Below, one piece after another: positions 61,245-64,000 of a stretch of DNA of 64,000 nucleotides. Source of the stretch: Desulfarculus sp. (GTDB lineage: Bacteria; Desulfobacterota; Desulfarculia; Desulfarculales; Desulfarculaceae); contig JACRDC010000049.1 of the NCBI GenBank assembly GCA_016218705.1, positions 21,660 through 85,659 of the forward strand, read 5' to 3'. How positions within the stretch are numbered: the first letter of the stretch is position 1; each line of letters starts with the position of its first letter. A model generated the notes under the pieces. The model searched no databases. It was not told where the DNA came from and saw only the letters and a list, made by a program, of their open reading frames with translations. The position numbers and the translations under genes are program-made.

Positions 61245-61380
61245 CCCCAAAAAAGCCGCGCTTTTTTGGGGACCCCGGAAGAGAATCCCAAGCAACACTG
61301 TTTGCTTGGGGACCCACAAAATCACGCATAGGTCCGGCCAACCGGCCTGCAAAGCCAAAAATGGCTTTGCAGGCCGGTTG
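61245..61380. repeat. Cluster of three intergenic hairpins
   Basis: Stems at 61245-61271, 61287-61310 and 61339-61380 (19-bp perfect stem). Confidence 0.7.
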
Positions 61381-61471
61381 CCATAAGCGCGCTCCAGCGC
61401 ATCCCACCTTGACAGAAGAGCCCCCCGCCCCGTAGCCTTAGCCAGCCACCGAAGGTAAGCCGGGAGCGTCC

Positions 61472-64000
61472 TTGAAGATATCGGCCCACATCCTGCCCCG
61501 CCGGGTGATCCTGGCCCTGATCCTGCTGCTGGGTTGGGGCCTGCGCCTGTGGGGCCTGGCCTGGGGGCCGGACCAGAGCGGCGCGGGCCACCCCGACGAG
61601 TGGACCTGGCAGGTCATCGAGGGGCTGTCTTGGAGCCAGCCCACCTACCAGGGCATCTGGACCCAGGCCTTCTTCAGCCTGGCGGCCTTGGTGCGCGGCG
61701 CAATCTCCACCCTGGCCGGCTGGCTGGGGGTGTGGCTGGGAGAGGTGCGCACCAGCACCGAGCTGGCCATCTCGGCACGCCTGGCCGGCCGGCTCACGGC
61801 GGCGCTCCTGGGCGGGGCCCAGGTGTGGGTGGCCTACCTGGTGGGCCGGCGCTTCTTCGACAGCGTGGCCACGGGGCTGTTGGCCGCGGCGGTGCTGGCG
61901 GTCAGCCCCCTCTTGGTGGCCCAGGGCCATTACCTGTCCCTGGACGTGCCGCTGGGCCTGGCGGTGATGTTCTGCCTATGGACCGCCTGGAAGATGGTGG
62001 ATTCCCCCGGCCCCCGCGTCCTGTGCCTGGCTGGCCTGGCCCTGGGGCTCACGCTCACCACCAAGGCCAGCGGGGTGCTGGTGCTGCCGGTTTTCGTGGG
62101 CGCCTACGCCCTGGTGCTGCGGCGGCAGGAGCCGGGGCTCAGGCGGGCGGCCTTGTATTGGCCGGCGGCCTGGTTGGGCGGCCTGGGGCTGGGTCTGGTG
62201 TTGGGCTACCCCGGCTTTCTGGTGCGCCTGCCCGAGGTGGGCGACGTGCTCAGCGCCTCCTTCAGCGCCCCCAGCGCCCCCGGCGGCGACTGGTGGGCCT
62301 ACCTGGCCGGCCGCTGGTCGGCGGCCCAGGGGGTGCTGGGCCGGGCCGTGGGGTTGGAGTTGTTGCTGTTGTGGTTGGTGGCCGCCGGTCTGATGATCTG
62401 GCGGCGCCAATGGCCGCGCCTGCTCTTGATGATCTTCCCGCCCCTGTACCTGCTGGCCGGGCTGACCGTGCTCAAGGGGCCGGTGGAGGGCCAGCAGGCG
62501 GTGTGGCTGCCGGTGGCTGCCCTGGCCGCCTGCTGGCCCCTGGTGGTGGCCTGCCGCCGGCTGCCCGGCCGCTGGTGGCCGGTGGCCGGCGTGAGCCTCT
62601 TGGGCTGCCTGTTGTGCCTGACGCCGCTGTGGCGCTCCCTGGGGGTGGGCTATATTTTCTGGCAGCAGGACACCTTCGGCGCCGCCCGCTTCTGGCTCCA
62701 GGCCAACCTGCCGCCCGGTGCCCAGGTCCTGGCCGGCCCGCGTGGGCCGCTGAATCTCTTTCCAGGCGCCCAGCCCCTGCCCGCCAAGCCGGCCAAGCTG
62801 CCGCCCGACTGGGGCCGCCAGGAGCCGGCCTACCTGGTGCTCTACTCCCTGGGTCCCGACGGCGACCCCAGCGCTGCGGACCCGGCTTGGCGGGACTTTG
62901 CCCAGCGTTTCGAATTGCTCAAACGCTTTGATCTGCGCGCCGGCTGGGGGCCGGGCATCGGCTCGGAGGGCCCCAGCTTCCCCCGCTGGGTCAGCCCGGC
63001 GGTGGAGGTCTATGCCAGCCGCCCGCCCTCGCCCATACCCCAGCCCTTGGCCCTATGGCGGCCGGTGGTGGGGCAGGAGCGTTCCTACGCCCTGCTGCCC
63101 GCCGATCTGCCGGCCTACAGCCGGGCCGAGAACGTCATGTGGCTCAAGCCGGGGGGCCTGGGCCAGCGGGTGCTGCGCAGCCAGGCGCCCCTGGGCGAAA
63201 TGGGGCTGACCCTGGACAACCAGGGCCAGGACCTGGCCGTGGTGGAGGTGCGTCAGGGGCTTTTCTCCCGCCGGCAATTGAGCATCTACCCCGGCCAGGA
63301 GCTGGACCTGCCCCTGGAGCCCCTGCCCTGGCCCTTCATGGCCAACGGCTTCTACCCGGTGCGGGTGGCGCTGCGCCGGGGCGGCGACTTGCTGGCCCGC
63401 CTGGACTGGGACCCCCTGCTGCTGGGCCGGCGGGCCTTGGAGGCTGGGCACCATGCCCGGGCCGCGGCGCTCTTGCAGCGGGCCGTGGCCGAGCAGGGCG
63501 GGGGGTTCGACGCCCTGGCGCTGCTGGCCGGGGCCCAGGCCCGCCTGGGGCTGTGGGAAGAGGCCGGCCGCAGCCTGGCGGCGCTCTCCGGCCCCGATGG
63601 CCAGCCGGCCCGCGCCTACCAGGCCCTGGCCGCCCGCGAGCAGTCAACCCACGCCGCCGACTGGCTGGCGCGCTTTGGCCAGTTCACCGGCTACCACGGC
63701 CAGTTGCTGCGCCAGGCCACCTCGCGCTCCTACGCGGTGCAGGGGCCGTTGTGCCAGTCCGAGGGCCAGGAGGTGCCGCTTTCCGGCGAGGGCTATCACG
63801 GAAGCTTTCTGCGCCGGCCGGGTAAACCAGGCGGACACCTCAAGCTCTGGCTGGATAACCCCATGCCCGCCGGTCAGTTCCAAGCCGACCTGAAGCTTAC
63901 CGCCAGGGGAGCTCCGGCTGGCGCGGCCCTGGCCCTGGCCGAAATTTGGGCGCACGACTACAACGGCAGCCGCCAGTTGGCCAGCCGCCGCCTGACCAGC
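61472..64000 (+). CDS. GT-C (ArnT/PMT, GT39/83-like) membrane glycosyltransferase with long C-terminal extension, 3' truncated by window edge
   Basis: TTG start; LRLWGL...HPDEW motif, many TM helices; frame 2 appears open to window end (absent from ORF track because no stop). Confidence 0.8.
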   Translation, partial: MKISAHILPRRVILALILLLGWGLRLWGLAWGPDQSGAGHPDEWTWQVIEGLSWSQPTYQGIWTQAFFSLAALVRGAISTLAGWLGVWLGEVRTSTELAISARLAGRLTAALLGGAQVWVAYLVGRRFFDSVATGLLAAAVLAVSPLLVAQGHYLSLDVPLGLAVMFCLWTAWKMVDSPGPRVLCLAGLALGLTLTTKASGVLVLPVFVGAYALVLRRQEPGLRRAALYWPAAWLGGLGLGLVLGYPGFLVRLPEVGDVLSASFSAPSAPGGDWWAYLAGRWSAAQGVLGRAVGLELLLLWLVAAGLMIWRRQWPRLLLMIFPPLYLLAGLTVLKGPVEGQQAVWLPVAALAACWPLVVACRRLPGRWWPVAGVSLLGCLLCLTPLWRSLGVGYIFWQQDTFGAARFWLQANLPPGAQVLAGPRGPLNLFPGAQPLPAKPAKLPPDWGRQEPAYLVLYSLGPDGDPSAADPAWRDFAQRFELLKRFDLRAGWGPGIGSEGPSFPRWVSPAVEVYASRPPSPIPQPLALWRPVVGQERSYALLPADLPAYSRAENVMWLKPGGLGQRVLRSQAPLGEMGLTLDNQGQDLAVVEVRQGLFSRRQLSIYPGQELDLPLEPLPWPFMANGFYPVRVALRRGGDLLARLDWDPLLLGRRALEAGHHARAAALLQRAVAEQGGGFDALALLAGAQARLGLWEEAGRSLAALSGPDGQPARAYQALAAREQSTHAADWLARFGQFTGYHGQLLRQATSRSYAVQGPLCQSEGQEVPLSGEGYHGSFLRRPGKPGGHLKLWLDNPMPAGQFQADLKLTARGAPAGAALALAEIWAHDYNGSRQLASRRLTS

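Overview
High-GC chromosomal window from a sulfate-reducing deltaproteobacterium (Desulfarculaceae-like, inferred from gene content and style). In order: (1) a catabolic cluster (aldehyde:ferredoxin oxidoreductase 3' end, LIV-type ABC transporter, SDR, acyl-CoA ligase, small Cys-rich protein, 4-hydroxybutyryl-CoA dehydratase AbfD). (2) The dissimilatory sulfite reductase locus in an unusual order: dsrA-dsrB-class D beta-lactamase-like gene-dsrN-dsrD-TPR. (3) A translationally coupled redox module directly after it: DsrM-like, DsrK-like, a frameshifted diheme c lipoprotein, a split cytochrome b6-like pair with no Rieske gene, a monoheme c protein and a large helical lipoprotein, followed by a 7Fe-type ferredoxin; a tetraheme cytochrome c3 is convergent. 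(4) Housekeeping blocks: mazG, phoH-HD-ybeY, pdxJ-acpS-nnr-tsaE-lysC, cimA with a candidate Ile attenuator, recN, ligA, ffh-rpsP-khpA-rimM-trmD-rplS-rnhB-yraN-rsmI::HPr-ptsI-smpB. (5) A GT4 pseudogene, an mnmA-Rrf2-DUF39-NIL/ferredoxin sulfur cluster and a GT-C glycosyltransferase running off the end. There is also a small low-GC islet (Sel1 gene plus IS481 remnant), a REP-like repeat family and a MITE-like element. No rRNA, tRNA or CRISPR array was seen. The best candidate for an undescribed system is the DsrMK-like/cytochrome b6-like module at 19058-25315. All calls come from motif recognition by eye; no searches were run.
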